Below are positions 45,222-55,142 of a stretch of DNA of 64,000 nucleotides, piece by piece. The position numbers and the translations under genes are program-made. Below the pieces are notes generated by a model. The model was not told where the DNA came from. It was given only the letters and a program-made list of their open reading frames with translations, and searched no databases. The DNA comes from a virus (lineage: Duplodnaviria > Heunggongvirae > Uroviricota > Caudoviricetes), in the IMG/VR virus record IMGVR_UViG_3300028883_000047, positions 11,681 through 75,680 of that record; one strand, given 5' to 3'. Position 1 is the first letter of the stretch. Every line of letters begins with the position of its first letter.

Positions 45222-45677
45222 TCAGGGCCATTCACATACGTATGTATTAACCCTAGACCACTTGCTGTCCGCAAACTTAATAATCGGCTCGACTTCTTTT
45301 TCCCAGTCAAGCCCACCCAGTCCTGCACCAATTTTGGGGATGTATAGTGGAAGGTGGTACATATCTGCCCACGCATATGCATCCCACAAAGACAATTCAA
45401 TAGCCTTAGGATCAGCGAATCGACCGTTTTTTCCGTAAAACACCTGCGTGTAGCAATTAGCAACGAATAGTTCATCTCCCATTCCGACGTTGATGACGTG
45501 GCAGGAACTTAACATTGCTTTACCTTTCGGTGCGTTCATGTAACGGTCGTAGACGATTGGCCACTTCTCTTTAATGGCTTTAGCCACGCCAGAACCCATT
45601 GCATGTTGACAGTTAACACCATGAGCTATTACGCCCATGGTCACTGTAGTAATATCTTTGTGGACGTATTCAATCAT
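45222..45677 (-). CDS. macro domain protein (ADP-ribose binding/processing)
   Basis: VTMGVIAHGVNCQHAMGSGVAKAI matches macro-domain N-terminal glycine-rich signature. Confidence 0.7.
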   Translation of the reverse strand: MIEYVHKDITTVTMGVIAHGVNCQHAMGSGVAKAIKEKWPIVYDRYMNAPKGKAMLSSCHVINVGMGDELFVANCYTQVFYGKNGRFADPKAIELSLWDAYAWADMYHLPLYIPKIGAGLGGLDWEKEVEPIIKFADSKWSRVNTYVCEWP

Positions 45678-45973
45678 TATCCGATACCGTACTTTTCGTA
45701 ACCCATCTCAGCAAGAAGCTCGAATGCAGCCTCGGTAGTATCCTGATCGATAGGCTTAGCTGATGCAACGCTATACAGGAAGTTGAGCATTTTTTCGTGT
45801 TCACGAGCAATCGGGTGGTAATGGCTCATGTCAATGGTCAGAGCCTTTTCGCGCGTAACATAACCAGAAATGATTTCAGGATGAGTCCAGCCGTTGATGC
45901 CAACCATCTCCCATCCCTGTTTAATTAACTGATGATCAATCTCATCTTTTGGCTCACGTATGTAGCGAGGCAC
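45677..45973 (-). CDS. hypothetical protein (98 aa)
   Basis: ORF. Confidence 0.4.
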   Translation of the reverse strand: MPRYIREPKDEIDHQLIKQGWEMVGINGWTHPEIISGYVTREKALTIDMSHYHPIAREHEKMLNFLYSVASAKPIDQDTTEAAFELLAEMGYEKYGIG

Positions 45974-46233
45974 TATTCTTTCTCCTGTTCCTTTCTTAAT
46001 TGTTCAAAGTATTCGCGCTCTTCGTCAGATATTACGCGCTCAATTTCTTGCCAACTCCCCGCTTGACACATATCGCAACCGGGGTAATGTCCTTGATGAT
46101 GACTACATATACTGTACCACATAAACATCTTCCCGTCCTTTAGAAGCACCGGCTCGAGAAAATAGTTATAGCTATTGAGCAGGTACTCCGAAGGCAGACC
46201 ATCAGACATTATGTTGGGCGTACTATCAGTCAT
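45973..46233 (-). CDS. hypothetical protein (86 aa)
   Basis: ORF. Confidence 0.4.
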   Translation of the reverse strand: MTDSTPNIMSDGLPSEYLLNSYNYFLEPVLLKDGKMFMWYSICSHHQGHYPGCDMCQAGSWQEIERVISDEEREYFEQLRKEQEKE

Positions 46234-46597
46234 TCTGCAGCTGTTCTAGAATCTCGCCAGGAACTTCGAGGTTCACAGCTCCTACCACTTCTGGCTCAGT
46301 ACGGAAGCGGGTAACATCACCATTCTCAAATCGCTTTTGATCTTCATATGGTGCTGCGACAATCCGATAGTACTCTTTACTTATAGCATCAAGAACGCCC
46401 AGTGCGTCATTGATCTGTGTATAACGAGTTGAATCACGATCACCATACACCATCATCAGCAAACGGGTAACTGCGTAGTTAATGTTACCTTCCATATTGT
46501 TCTGATCATCATCAATCTCCATATCGACGAGTGTTTGATGCAGCTGCTCGATTGCGGGATCGAGCACGTCCCTTTTGTCTTGTTTAATGTACGGCAT
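46226..46597 (-). CDS. hypothetical protein (123 aa)
   Basis: ORF. Confidence 0.4.
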   Translation of the reverse strand: MPYIKQDKRDVLDPAIEQLHQTLVDMEIDDDQNNMEGNINYAVTRLLMMVYGDRDSTRYTQINDALGVLDAISKEYYRIVAAPYEDQKRFENGDVTRFRTEPEVVGAVNLEVPGEILEQLQND

Positions 46598-46651
46598 GTT
46601 TACCTCTTAAATTGCGTTTATGTGCTATAAATTACCTACTGACCGAAGCCC

Positions 46652-47377
46652 TTACTCGTCTTTCATTTCTTCCAACGCTTGAGCTTCAAGATATTCGATG
46701 AAAAATTCATAACGGTCTTTCATGTCTTCGTGTACTTCCTTGACTATCCTAACACTGTCTTTACTATACAAGGGCGAAACTTTAGAAACGAAATGGTGTT
46801 TGTCTTTCTTGAATGGTTCACCACTCAGCGAACACAAATAGTACTCGCCACCATGATGATTACCGTAGATGTCGCGTTTCAGGATTCCTTCTGGAAGCCT
46901 GTCCATGTACTCCATGCAATCATCGAAGTTAGTAAAGATTTTCGTAGATAATGCATGCAACCAACCGGGAACTTCTTTCTGCCAATTCTCCCATGCCGAT
47001 ACTACAAACACAGGAATATCATACAGAAAGGCAAATTGTGCTTCAGATATTGTTCCAGCTCCCCGTCGGACGCTTTCGTCATAGTACAATATAACAGCGT
47101 CTGTATCATTTTTAAGCAGTTCGAGGTCAGTGAAGACAAAGTGTTTACGGATGTTTGCTTTGCGTAGGAGCTCGTCGTCCTCACCAAAGTCCATGTATAG
47201 CTTTCCGTGTTCGGAAGCATACGCTTTGTCGAGAGCGGTAATATCGAGAGGGAAGTAACCCAACTCCCGCAATGCATCTGCAATCACGAGCCGCCATTCG
47301 CCACCTAAATCGATAGCATGTTCCATTCCCCCCGAGAGGTAAATGTTACCCCTTGGATACTTTGGATGCTTGATCAT
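46652..47377 (-). CDS. nucleoside 2-deoxyribosyltransferase-like (NDT/DNPH1-fold) protein
   Basis: NIYLSGGM near N-terminus and RRGAGTISEAQFAFLYDIPVFVV resembling the NDT catalytic Glu motif. Confidence 0.45.
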   Translation of the reverse strand: MIKHPKYPRGNIYLSGGMEHAIDLGGEWRLVIADALRELGYFPLDITALDKAYASEHGKLYMDFGEDDELLRKANIRKHFVFTDLELLKNDTDAVILYYDESVRRGAGTISEAQFAFLYDIPVFVVSAWENWQKEVPGWLHALSTKIFTNFDDCMEYMDRLPEGILKRDIYGNHHGGEYYLCSLSGEPFKKDKHHFVSKVSPLYSKDSVRIVKEVHEDMKDRYEFFIEYLEAQALEEMKDE

Positions 47378-47592
47378 GCCTTTTCTGGTTCCTTGTACTT
47401 AACCATCGCTTGAACGAAGATTTTGTTGTTTGTTGCTGGAATAACGTACTCCATGATTTCGCCGTTGAGAACGTAGCCTTCTTTAATGAGCTCGTTTACA
47501 CCTATTTCAACGTCAAGAGGTGACCCCTTGATAATACGAAATACTGCTGGTCTTGCCTTGTATCTTGTTTCGGTCCACTTCCATTCACTCAT
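47374..47592 (-). CDS. hypothetical protein (72 aa)
   Basis: ORF. Confidence 0.35.
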   Translation of the reverse strand: MSEWKWTETRYKARPAVFRIIKGSPLDVEIGVNELIKEGYVLNGEIMEYVIPATNNKIFVQAMVKYKEPEKA

Positions 47593-48184
47593 CTTCTATT
47601 ACCCTCTCATGCACGTGAATCAATAATCTTTCTTTACTGTCACTATTAGCTACATTAAACACAGGAATACCATTCCGGTCTGCCAACGCTATCGCTTGGC
47701 CAGTACCGCCAGTCATTCTGGTGCGGTCTGCTTCTCTTTCGCAGCCATCTGGAGTCCAGCATACAACAAAGTCCACGGGATCATCAAGGGTCTGACCTAG
47801 CACCTGATAACAATTCCGTGCCATTAACTTCTTAGCACCCTGACTGAGATATTGCCACCGATCGCCATACACTTCTTCCGCTAATGATAATGCTTCAGGT
47901 GTAATCACATGGAAGGGAGAAGGATGATCATTAAACCCCTTCCAGGGAACAAAGATTTCCTTTCTCCCCTCCACAACATCACACCCTCTTTCAAAAGCAG
48001 TGTCAGCACCTTCAGCAGCACCACTACGCAGCACAAACTTGAAATGGATGCCACACAAAACTTGACCAAGGGCGGTCATCCACTCCAGCACTTCCTTTGG
48101 AGCTTTTCGAGAGCCTATACCAGCATATGAAATCATGCGGTCCACTGAAGCATTCCACGTAACTGGTAGTTGAAGGCATGCCAA
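47585..48184 (-). CDS. SLOG-superfamily (DprA/LOG-like Rossmann) protein
   Basis: YAGIGSRKAP..RSGAAEGADTAFERG resembles DprA/Smf/YspA SLOG core. Confidence 0.45.
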   Translation of the reverse strand: MACLQLPVTWNASVDRMISYAGIGSRKAPKEVLEWMTALGQVLCGIHFKFVLRSGAAEGADTAFERGCDVVEGRKEIFVPWKGFNDHPSPFHVITPEALSLAEEVYGDRWQYLSQGAKKLMARNCYQVLGQTLDDPVDFVVCWTPDGCEREADRTRMTGGTGQAIALADRNGIPVFNVANSDSKERLLIHVHERVIEDE

Positions 48185-48251
48185 TAATAAGGCAAGTGTT
48201 CAATGATGCTAAAGAAAGCAGCAATCTCTACAGGACAAATATGAAAATGCA

Positions 48252-49568
48252 TTAGTTCTCCAAATTAGTCAACTTGCCATACTTTTTGTTTTTGACCCAA
48301 TGACGGAACATTTCGATATACGCTTTTACATTATCATATGATGAAAGACGTCTATCCAGAGCTCGGTAACCAGAATCGATATCGTCAGCGAACTCTTCTG
48401 CGGCAACGTCAATCACTTGTGGATGCCACAGAGCTGTCCAGAAAATACGATCATACTGTTCTTGATCGACGAAAGCAAGAGTACGCTTCAGAGTTATCAT
48501 GTCCATCAAATCTTCGTATGCATCTCGGTCGAAACGGTCCACGCTTTCATCGACTGCTTGTTCAAGCAGCTCCATCATGCGTTCTTCCGTTCCCCTTGTC
48601 ACATCGCAACCGAACACCGCGTATGGTTTATATGCCATTTGGTCATCGTACAACCACAGACTATAAGTTAACCCATTCTTTTCACGAATGAGATCGGTCA
48701 TTGATATTGGAGATAAACTAGACAAGTATCGATTACCTACACGAGCAGCCACCACATTAATGTCACCCATCGTATCGAAAAGCAGAGCGGTCATGACCTG
48801 CTCGGACGGATTATCGATTGTGGTATCTAGCATCGTCGGTTCGGAGATGTAATCACGATACGCCTTTCCGATGTGGTTACACAACTCAGTGCTATCTGGC
48901 GCAGGGAATCGACTGAGCTCCGCGTCTACCGTTGCTGTAATTTCTTCTTTAGTTAAAACAGTCGGGTCGTATGTGATGTTGAACACCATATCACCCTGTG
49001 TCAGAAAGATAGCTTTGATCATCTGAGCGTCTTCCAGGGTGGTAGCGTCGACGGACTCTGGCGTACCAAGAATATTGTCATGTTCAGTATCGTATCCGCA
49101 GAATGCAGGCATCACACTGAAATGGAACATTGTTTGATCATCGTCATTATACCGCTTTACTTCATTGTATACGGTTTTCTTTTCCGTTTGAAATTCTTCG
49201 TCTGTTAACAGAGATAGGTCATTCAGGCCGTAGTTGAGCACTAATCGAATAGCTGTCCGCATCCGCGATGATGTAGTCTTAAACCAGTAGTTGATACGCT
49301 CGTGATCCGTGGACGCGTTGTATGTTCCTTCTTTCTTTAGAGCTTGCATCAGCTCATCGGTAGTGTAGTCTTTACAACACCTGAAACCGAGGTGTTCTAC
49401 AAGATGAGATAGTCCGAATACGTTTCGCCCGGTGATATCGTATACCGCACGCTCGACATGCGCGCCCATTTTGTTAATGATTTCAAATTTGAAGAGGTTT
49501 GATCCTGGCAGGGTGAGAAATTGATATTGCCGACCGTCGATGGTTTCACGGGTGAAGGTTTTATTCAT
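48252..49568 (-). CDS. M16 (pitrilysin/insulinase)-family metallopeptidase-like protein
   Basis: GLSHLVEHLGF inverted zinc motif HxxEH; 438 aa. Confidence 0.5.
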   Translation of the reverse strand: MNKTFTRETIDGRQYQFLTLPGSNLFKFEIINKMGAHVERAVYDITGRNVFGLSHLVEHLGFRCCKDYTTDELMQALKKEGTYNASTDHERINYWFKTTSSRMRTAIRLVLNYGLNDLSLLTDEEFQTEKKTVYNEVKRYNDDDQTMFHFSVMPAFCGYDTEHDNILGTPESVDATTLEDAQMIKAIFLTQGDMVFNITYDPTVLTKEEITATVDAELSRFPAPDSTELCNHIGKAYRDYISEPTMLDTTIDNPSEQVMTALLFDTMGDINVVAARVGNRYLSSLSPISMTDLIREKNGLTYSLWLYDDQMAYKPYAVFGCDVTRGTEERMMELLEQAVDESVDRFDRDAYEDLMDMITLKRTLAFVDQEQYDRIFWTALWHPQVIDVAAEEFADDIDSGYRALDRRLSSYDNVKAYIEMFRHWVKNKKYGKLTNLEN

Positions 49569-49613
49569 TATCGCTCCTTATGATAGTTATAGAGCGTATG
49601 ATACACAATTTTT

Positions 49614-49964
49614 CTATAGTAGAGAAGGGTTATCAATATCCGTGATATATACAATTCTCTTTTTCAATGACCGTGCAATTTCTATTTCATCTTGAACACC
49701 AACGGAATCTTCCCACCCCTCAATGCACAAAACATGAACCACCTCACACATTTCCATGCCACGAACGCAAAGATCCTTCCAAAATTCATAATCGGTTGGA
49801 AGTGGGTGATCTTTAAGTATTGGATGAATATACGCAAGAACAGAGAACGCAAGAATGTCGTTTGAGGCAAGTTGCGCAACATAACGCTGCGCAACTTTCA
49901 CCCGTTCTTCTATTACGTTCTGGTCAGGATCGCTGTAGGGCGAACTTACAAAAACGTCAAGCAT
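49614..49964 (-). CDS. DUF1937/NDT-fold small protein
   Basis: MLDVFVSSPYSDPD N-terminus typical of DUF1937. Confidence 0.35.
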   Translation of the reverse strand: MLDVFVSSPYSDPDQNVIEERVKVAQRYVAQLASNDILAFSVLAYIHPILKDHPLPTDYEFWKDLCVRGMEMCEVVHVLCIEGWEDSVGVQDEIEIARSLKKRIVYITDIDNPSLL

Positions 49965-50164
49965 AATTAATACCCAGTAGCAATGAACACAAATTGGTCA
50001 TATTAGTTTCCGTACAAAATAGTTGTCTGTTCAGACTGTTCCCGAATTTCTGAGAAACTCCATTCTTTAACGATTTTTCCGTTTTCAAATACAGTTTCCA
50101 ACAGGCCTCCAGGCTGTCCTTCTGGAGATTAATAAAGCGTACTCGATTTCAAGAAGAGAGAAAA

Positions 50165-50190
50165 GGGTGAGGGGGCCGAAGCCCCCTCTT
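50165..50190 (-). terminator. terminator hairpin GGGGGCCGAAGCCCCC (second copy)
   Basis: Immediately downstream of nadV stop; T-rich flank. Confidence 0.5.
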
Positions 50191-50194
50191 TTCG

Positions 50195-51622
50195 TTACCA
50201 GTTGGTGGTTTCTTCTACTCGAGCTCGAACTTCACTGAAAGTCCAATCTACTAACTGTTCTCCATCTTTCCAAACAGTCTGCAGAAGTCCATTATCTTGT
50301 CCTTCAGGGCCAGTATAGTACTCACCATCATCACCGCGGTACAGGTCCAGCCGACCCTTTTTACTACGCTTCCCGGAATCAGTGACAGGATCTTTGAATA
50401 CATCAACATCTTTGCCATTGATCTCAGCCCAACTTGCTTTCATCGCGAACTTCAACGTATCGCGGTTAACTTGCTGCAGCAGAGCCCCGCCCTGACCGAA
50501 TACCGCATTGTCGGCACTGAAACCATAACCACGCAGCGCTGCCAGAATATCACGAATGCTATCAGTGGTAATTCCATCACCCTGCAGTATGCGAACATTG
50601 TTCAGCACTTTGTACCCTTTACTATTCACGGTACTGCCAAACGTTGCGTCGAGTAGCATTGCTACCTTGCAAACCACTTCAGCCGGATCGCCACTATCGG
50701 GGCGAACAACAAGCGTAGAACCAGAATTAATCACTTGGGCCTTCAGCTCTTTGCCCCAATATTCTTCAACCGCATTGAAGATGTCGTAGCTGTCAGACAC
50801 CACCGCAACGATAGGGTACTTACCTGCGAACTGTTCTAACATATTCTTGTATGCGTCCAGTTCACCGTCTTTGGTCCAGGTGGTAATTGAGCTGTGTTCT
50901 GCTGCAGGCACGGAGAATGCAGTCACGTCACTTTCGTTGTAGTACTTCATGCTGTACAGCATACCGGTAATGGTATCAGTTCCCATGAAATTAACCAGGT
51001 GAGCGGCGCCACCGATGCCTGCGCTTTCTTTTGAGCTTACGCCGCGCGCGCCGAAATCATGCAGTTTGAACATCAGGCCAGCCATTGCTTCTTCATCTGC
51101 AGTTTCTTTCAGGTACTGGCGAATAACCTGTTTGCTTGACCAGCTATTGGTAGCAACAGTTACCGGATACCAGATTGCCCGCAAAATTGACGTCTCGATG
51201 TATGAGGTCAGCCAAAACGCTTCGGGATCGGTGTTAATAACCTGAACCATTACGTTTCGAGTTCCGACAACGGTGCCTTCAGGCAACGCTCTGATTTCAA
51301 GGGGCAACCAGCCATTGTAAGCAGTCAGGATGTATTCCCAACCTTCGCGGTTGAATGGTTCGCCGTGCAACTGGAACATCAGTTCAGCAGCATTGATTTC
51401 TTCCTGGGTGATTGGTTTGCTCAGATACTTCTTGATCCACATCTGCAGCCCGAAGAAAACAGTACGGTCGTATTTGCCACCACGGCTTTCGATGTAAGAA
51501 GAAACTCGCTTGGTTCCTGGTGGGTATTGCAACCAGTGAGATGCTTTATAACTGTCTACGTCAGCAATGATGCTGTCCAGCAGAGTGTCGATTTGATTGG
51601 TGTTGAGTGCTTGTGCGTTCAT
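50195..51622 (-). CDS. nadV: nicotinamide phosphoribosyltransferase (NAMPT/NadV)
   Basis: 475 aa NAMPT-length protein with characteristic composition; GGAGGATTTCCA SD; late promoter upstream. Confidence 0.75.
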   Translation of the reverse strand: MNAQALNTNQIDTLLDSIIADVDSYKASHWLQYPPGTKRVSSYIESRGGKYDRTVFFGLQMWIKKYLSKPITQEEINAAELMFQLHGEPFNREGWEYILTAYNGWLPLEIRALPEGTVVGTRNVMVQVINTDPEAFWLTSYIETSILRAIWYPVTVATNSWSSKQVIRQYLKETADEEAMAGLMFKLHDFGARGVSSKESAGIGGAAHLVNFMGTDTITGMLYSMKYYNESDVTAFSVPAAEHSSITTWTKDGELDAYKNMLEQFAGKYPIVAVVSDSYDIFNAVEEYWGKELKAQVINSGSTLVVRPDSGDPAEVVCKVAMLLDATFGSTVNSKGYKVLNNVRILQGDGITTDSIRDILAALRGYGFSADNAVFGQGGALLQQVNRDTLKFAMKASWAEINGKDVDVFKDPVTDSGKRSKKGRLDLYRGDDGEYYTGPEGQDNGLLQTVWKDGEQLVDWTFSEVRARVEETTNW

Positions 51623-51712
51623 TGGAAATCCTCCAAGTCAATTTGTGATCCCGCGAAGGTCTATCCTCGTTGGGGTTAAGTTAGTGACCAGTTCCTGGCC
51701 AGCTGTTGAGTA

Positions 51713-51720
51713 TATTTATA
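51713..51720 (-). promoter_or_regulatory. T4-type late promoter box TATAAATA upstream of nadV
   Basis: Exact TATAAATA on minus strand ~90 nt upstream of nadV ATG. Confidence 0.35.
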
Positions 51721-51979
51721 CTCGATTCATTTCATACCGTCAAGGGTCTTATACAATTCCCATTGCTCTATCATAGTCACGTTTTTTGGCGTTCTCACTG
51801 AATATAGCCTTCGTTGTCATTCATTCCACGAATAGCATTATCGCCAAGACCATCGCCTTGAACGTTTAGCCACTCATCTGGAACATCACGCTTCTTACGC
51901 TTTTCGTCTTTGAATTTGCGTTTCAGTTCTTTTGGATCTTTTCTGACAATATCACGAAGTTTCATGTGAGTATTTAGTA

Positions 51980-52930
51980 TTATACTCTAGCAATCGTTGC
52001 GAACCGCTCTCCAGTCTGCCAATGTTTGCCATCAGCCGCCGGCCGAGCATGAACAGTCATGCGGTATCGTCCCGGTTCGACGTTGAGTGATACCTCGATC
52101 CAATCCTCAAGTGTTTTGTCATCGATTTCTTGCTCAGCACCACGGTTCTTGAGATACTCATAATCCGCTGCACTGAACCACCACAGATCGGTGCAAATAG
52201 AGCCCCGATCATCCCCAAGATCCAACACAGGGTTATCATCATCGTCGTACCCTGGGTTGCCTACTGTAATGATGTCAAACATGTCCACATACACGCCAGG
52301 ACATGAGTTGCCTACGAACGCGTGAAGCATGTTCGATTCGGCATAGTCTTGTACGGTTTTCTTGATTTCGCTGCTGTAGTTGACGTATCGGTCTTTGTCC
52401 GCTTCCGGAACGAACGGGCGAAAATCATTGGCGAATACCAATCGACCACTCGGAACATCAATCTCAACTGTGTAGTCTTTGATACCACCTGACTCGGAAC
52501 AAGCGGGAGTATCTTCTACGTACACATGCTGTTTGTTGTGTGGTTTTAACTCGAACAGTTCACCAGTCCACCAAATGTCTACACGTTCACCACACTCACC
52601 ACACGTCTCGGTTCGTATCAGGGTGGGCAACTGAACTTCCTCACCATCCCGATGCCCGTAGAAAAAGAGAGACATGGGATCCAATAGCTTATCGTATATC
52701 CAGCTCCATGGCCGATCATAATCCAATGTCGTATCGGGTAATGCAACAGGGCCTTCTTTCTGAGAGAAATGTCCGTTGAAATCTACGAGAAGTTCTCCAT
52801 TACGGAGCTGGTGTTTCATAGTATCCAGCACTGACGGGTTCGGCGGTAGTTCGTTGTTCGCCCATGCAACCTTTTCCTCTTCCAGGCGCTTCTCATACTC
52901 CCGTTTGAACTTATCCATATCAAAGTCCAT
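51980..52930 (-). CDS. hypothetical protein (~316 aa)
   Basis: ORF; start moved to internal Met (MDFDMDKF) to limit overlap. Confidence 0.4.
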   Translation of the reverse strand: MDFDMDKFKREYEKRLEEEKVAWANNELPPNPSVLDTMKHQLRNGELLVDFNGHFSQKEGPVALPDTTLDYDRPWSWIYDKLLDPMSLFFYGHRDGEEVQLPTLIRTETCGECGERVDIWWTGELFELKPHNKQHVYVEDTPACSESGGIKDYTVEIDVPSGRLVFANDFRPFVPEADKDRYVNYSSEIKKTVQDYAESNMLHAFVGNSCPGVYVDMFDIITVGNPGYDDDDNPVLDLGDDRGSICTDLWWFSAADYEYLKNRGAEQEIDDKTLEDWIEVSLNVEPGRYRMTVHARPAADGKHWQTGERFATIARV

Positions 52931-53474
52931 GCTCTTTCTCCAAGAATACCAAAAGCTCCTCAACCAATAGAGGGCCGGTGTAAAAAGTATCATAGTCATA
53001 CCCACCAGCGTCTAACGTGGCGGTAATCATATTATCAATTTCTGTAGCCTCGTCCAAAGACCTTTCACGGCCCCATTCCTGATATTCTTCTGGACGGTTT
53101 AAAACGATGTTTATATTGTCGTACGTCTGGAATTGTTTATGGACGAGCTTGGTGAACTCAGGCAGTGCAGGCCATGGCCGTGTTCCGTGTTGCTTTTGGT
53201 TCATCTGAGGATATATTGCAGACAATAGAATTGGACTATCGATGATTGCCCAATCAACATGCTCAATCAGACGCTGCAACCGCCAGTTCTGTTCAGCGAA
53301 GATGTACTCCTGCTGTTCCAACATCGTGCCAAGCTGACCAGCATAAACAAGGTCCTTTGCATATTCGGTTGCAAGTTCGACTTTGCAGCCCATTAGCTTC
53401 ATTCTGTAGAACAAACCAGCGGCAGTTGTGCTTTTGCCCGAACCTGGTCCACCGAAGAGGTTGATTACTTTCAT
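52920..53474 (-). CDS. P-loop nucleotide/nucleoside kinase-like protein (PNK-kinase or NR-kinase-like)
   Basis: VINLFGGPGSGKST Walker A close to T4 Pnk (GCPGSGKST) and NadR-NRK P-loops. Confidence 0.45.
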   Translation of the reverse strand: MKVINLFGGPGSGKSTTAAGLFYRMKLMGCKVELATEYAKDLVYAGQLGTMLEQQEYIFAEQNWRLQRLIEHVDWAIIDSPILLSAIYPQMNQKQHGTRPWPALPEFTKLVHKQFQTYDNINIVLNRPEEYQEWGRERSLDEATEIDNMITATLDAGGYDYDTFYTGPLLVEELLVFLEKEHGL

Positions 53475-53800
53475 TCCACGACCCTCACGATTTCGTCCGC
53501 AATGAATTCTTCGATTGGATAATGCCCGTAATCTTCCTCGTACATATGCTTGATGTAGTCACGATACGTCTTCCCTACCCAATATGTGAGTTCTTCATCT
53601 ACTCGATGCCACATGGGACCACGCCACTTATCGTTTTTGTATGTCGTATCCCAACCGCCACTCTCACTATACATCGGGGACTCAGTCGTAGGACGAATGT
53701 AGTCGCCCTTTTCGATTTTATCATCGATTGATAATACACGAAGAGTGCAACCGAGCATCATGTAGTTGATGCCGTCTTTTGTTTGTGGCTTAGACATCAT
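53471..53800 (-). CDS. hypothetical protein (109 aa)
   Basis: ORF. Confidence 0.4.
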   Translation of the reverse strand: MMSKPQTKDGINYMMLGCTLRVLSIDDKIEKGDYIRPTTESPMYSESGGWDTTYKNDKWRGPMWHRVDEELTYWVGKTYRDYIKHMYEEDYGHYPIEEFIADEIVRVVE

Positions 53801-54059
53801 TACCTCTTGGCCGGAGAATGTCCGTCGCGCGCAGGGATGTGATTGTGTGTGGCGATCTCGGACTTATTAGTGCGGAACTGTTGATATACCGAACATACAG
53901 TTCGCCATGTTGCGATCTCTCAACAACAACCTGCAACGTTGCCGGTCCATGAGACCCTTGCGTATGCAGGTGGTAGTTACCAACAGGAACACCCTCCCAC
54001 GGATATGCGTATATTGTTGGTTGTTCCGGTGGCTCTGCCACAACATTATAAGGCATCAT
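53790..54059 (-). CDS. hypothetical protein (89 aa)
   Basis: ORF. Confidence 0.35.
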   Translation of the reverse strand: MMPYNVVAEPPEQPTIYAYPWEGVPVGNYHLHTQGSHGPATLQVVVERSQHGELYVRYINSSALISPRSPHTITSLRATDILRPRGNDV

Positions 54060-55100
54060 TTACAATTTTCCAATCATGTCGTTGATAATGTGAAAGTGAT
54101 CTTCAAATAGCTGATCTTCCATACTCTTGAAGGTACTCAAAGGAACCCAGCGAGCTTTATCAGCATCATCGCTTCCCTTAACTTTTGGCAACGGGCCAGG
54201 AGGTAGTTCAATCAGAAATGCATGAGTGATTGTTCTACCACGAAGGGATCGTGAAGGATGATCATACACGTCTTGTGCCTTGATCGATCCACTCAGAACC
54301 GGTCCAGGAACCTTAATCTTGGTTTCTTCACGCAACTCTCGAACGACTGCTTGTCTGATCCTTTCAGCCGGATCCAGGAAGCCTCCAGGAAGCGCCCACA
54401 AGCCACGACCAGGTTCAGCACGACGACGAACAAGAAGAATATGACCAGACTGAATAACCACAGCATCAACTGTGACAAATGTAGGAGCATATGGAGCACC
54501 CTCCCATGCTTGTTTGTATGTGTTGATGAAGGTGTACTCACGAGTGAGTTGTTCGAACTCAGGGGTTAGAGTGAACGCCTTCAGGTAATCGTGGATCGCT
54601 GTAGGGAGTTTACGGCCAACCTGGAAGTCAAAATCATCATCTTCCATGGTAAACAGAGCTTCACGAACGTCAGATGCATGTATGTCTTCAATGTTGCCGA
54701 CATCGATCAGATCCCACTGAGGAAACATCGACAGGTAGTAAGAACTTTCATCCTTTGAGTGACCGATGATACCAACCTTAGCATCGATACCTGCCAGTGC
54801 AATGACAGTGTCTTGTACCTGCTGAGCCCATTGCTGGTCATTATACAGGATATCGCGAAGAGGAGCGACCATAACGCGATCACGTACGGTCTGAGGTAGC
54901 GAGGTTCGGATCATATCGCCTCGCTCCTGCCACGTCCAGGGGTTTTTGATTGTTCGTGGTTGCATTGCAGACCCAGCAAGAACGATCAGGTGTTCAGCCT
55001 GCTTGAGAGCCTGCTTCATCAACTCAATATGCGCGAGGTGTGGGGGCTGGAAGCGCCCGATGTAAACTATGTAATCATATTTCATTTGGAATTCCTCCAA
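54060..55100 (-). CDS. natV: bifunctional NMN adenylyltransferase / Nudix ADP-ribose pyrophosphatase (NatV-like)
   Basis: IGRFQPPHLAHIELM (NadM-type NMNAT motif) and GGFLDPAERIRQAVVRELREETKI Nudix box. Confidence 0.8.
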   Translation of the reverse strand: MEEFQMKYDYIVYIGRFQPPHLAHIELMKQALKQAEHLIVLAGSAMQPRTIKNPWTWQERGDMIRTSLPQTVRDRVMVAPLRDILYNDQQWAQQVQDTVIALAGIDAKVGIIGHSKDESSYYLSMFPQWDLIDVGNIEDIHASDVREALFTMEDDDFDFQVGRKLPTAIHDYLKAFTLTPEFEQLTREYTFINTYKQAWEGAPYAPTFVTVDAVVIQSGHILLVRRRAEPGRGLWALPGGFLDPAERIRQAVVRELREETKIKVPGPVLSGSIKAQDVYDHPSRSLRGRTITHAFLIELPPGPLPKVKGSDDADKARWVPLSTFKSMEDQLFEDHFHIINDMIGKL

Positions 55101-55142
55101 TAAAGTGAAGCACTCAGGTCTATCCCGAATGCATATAGTATC

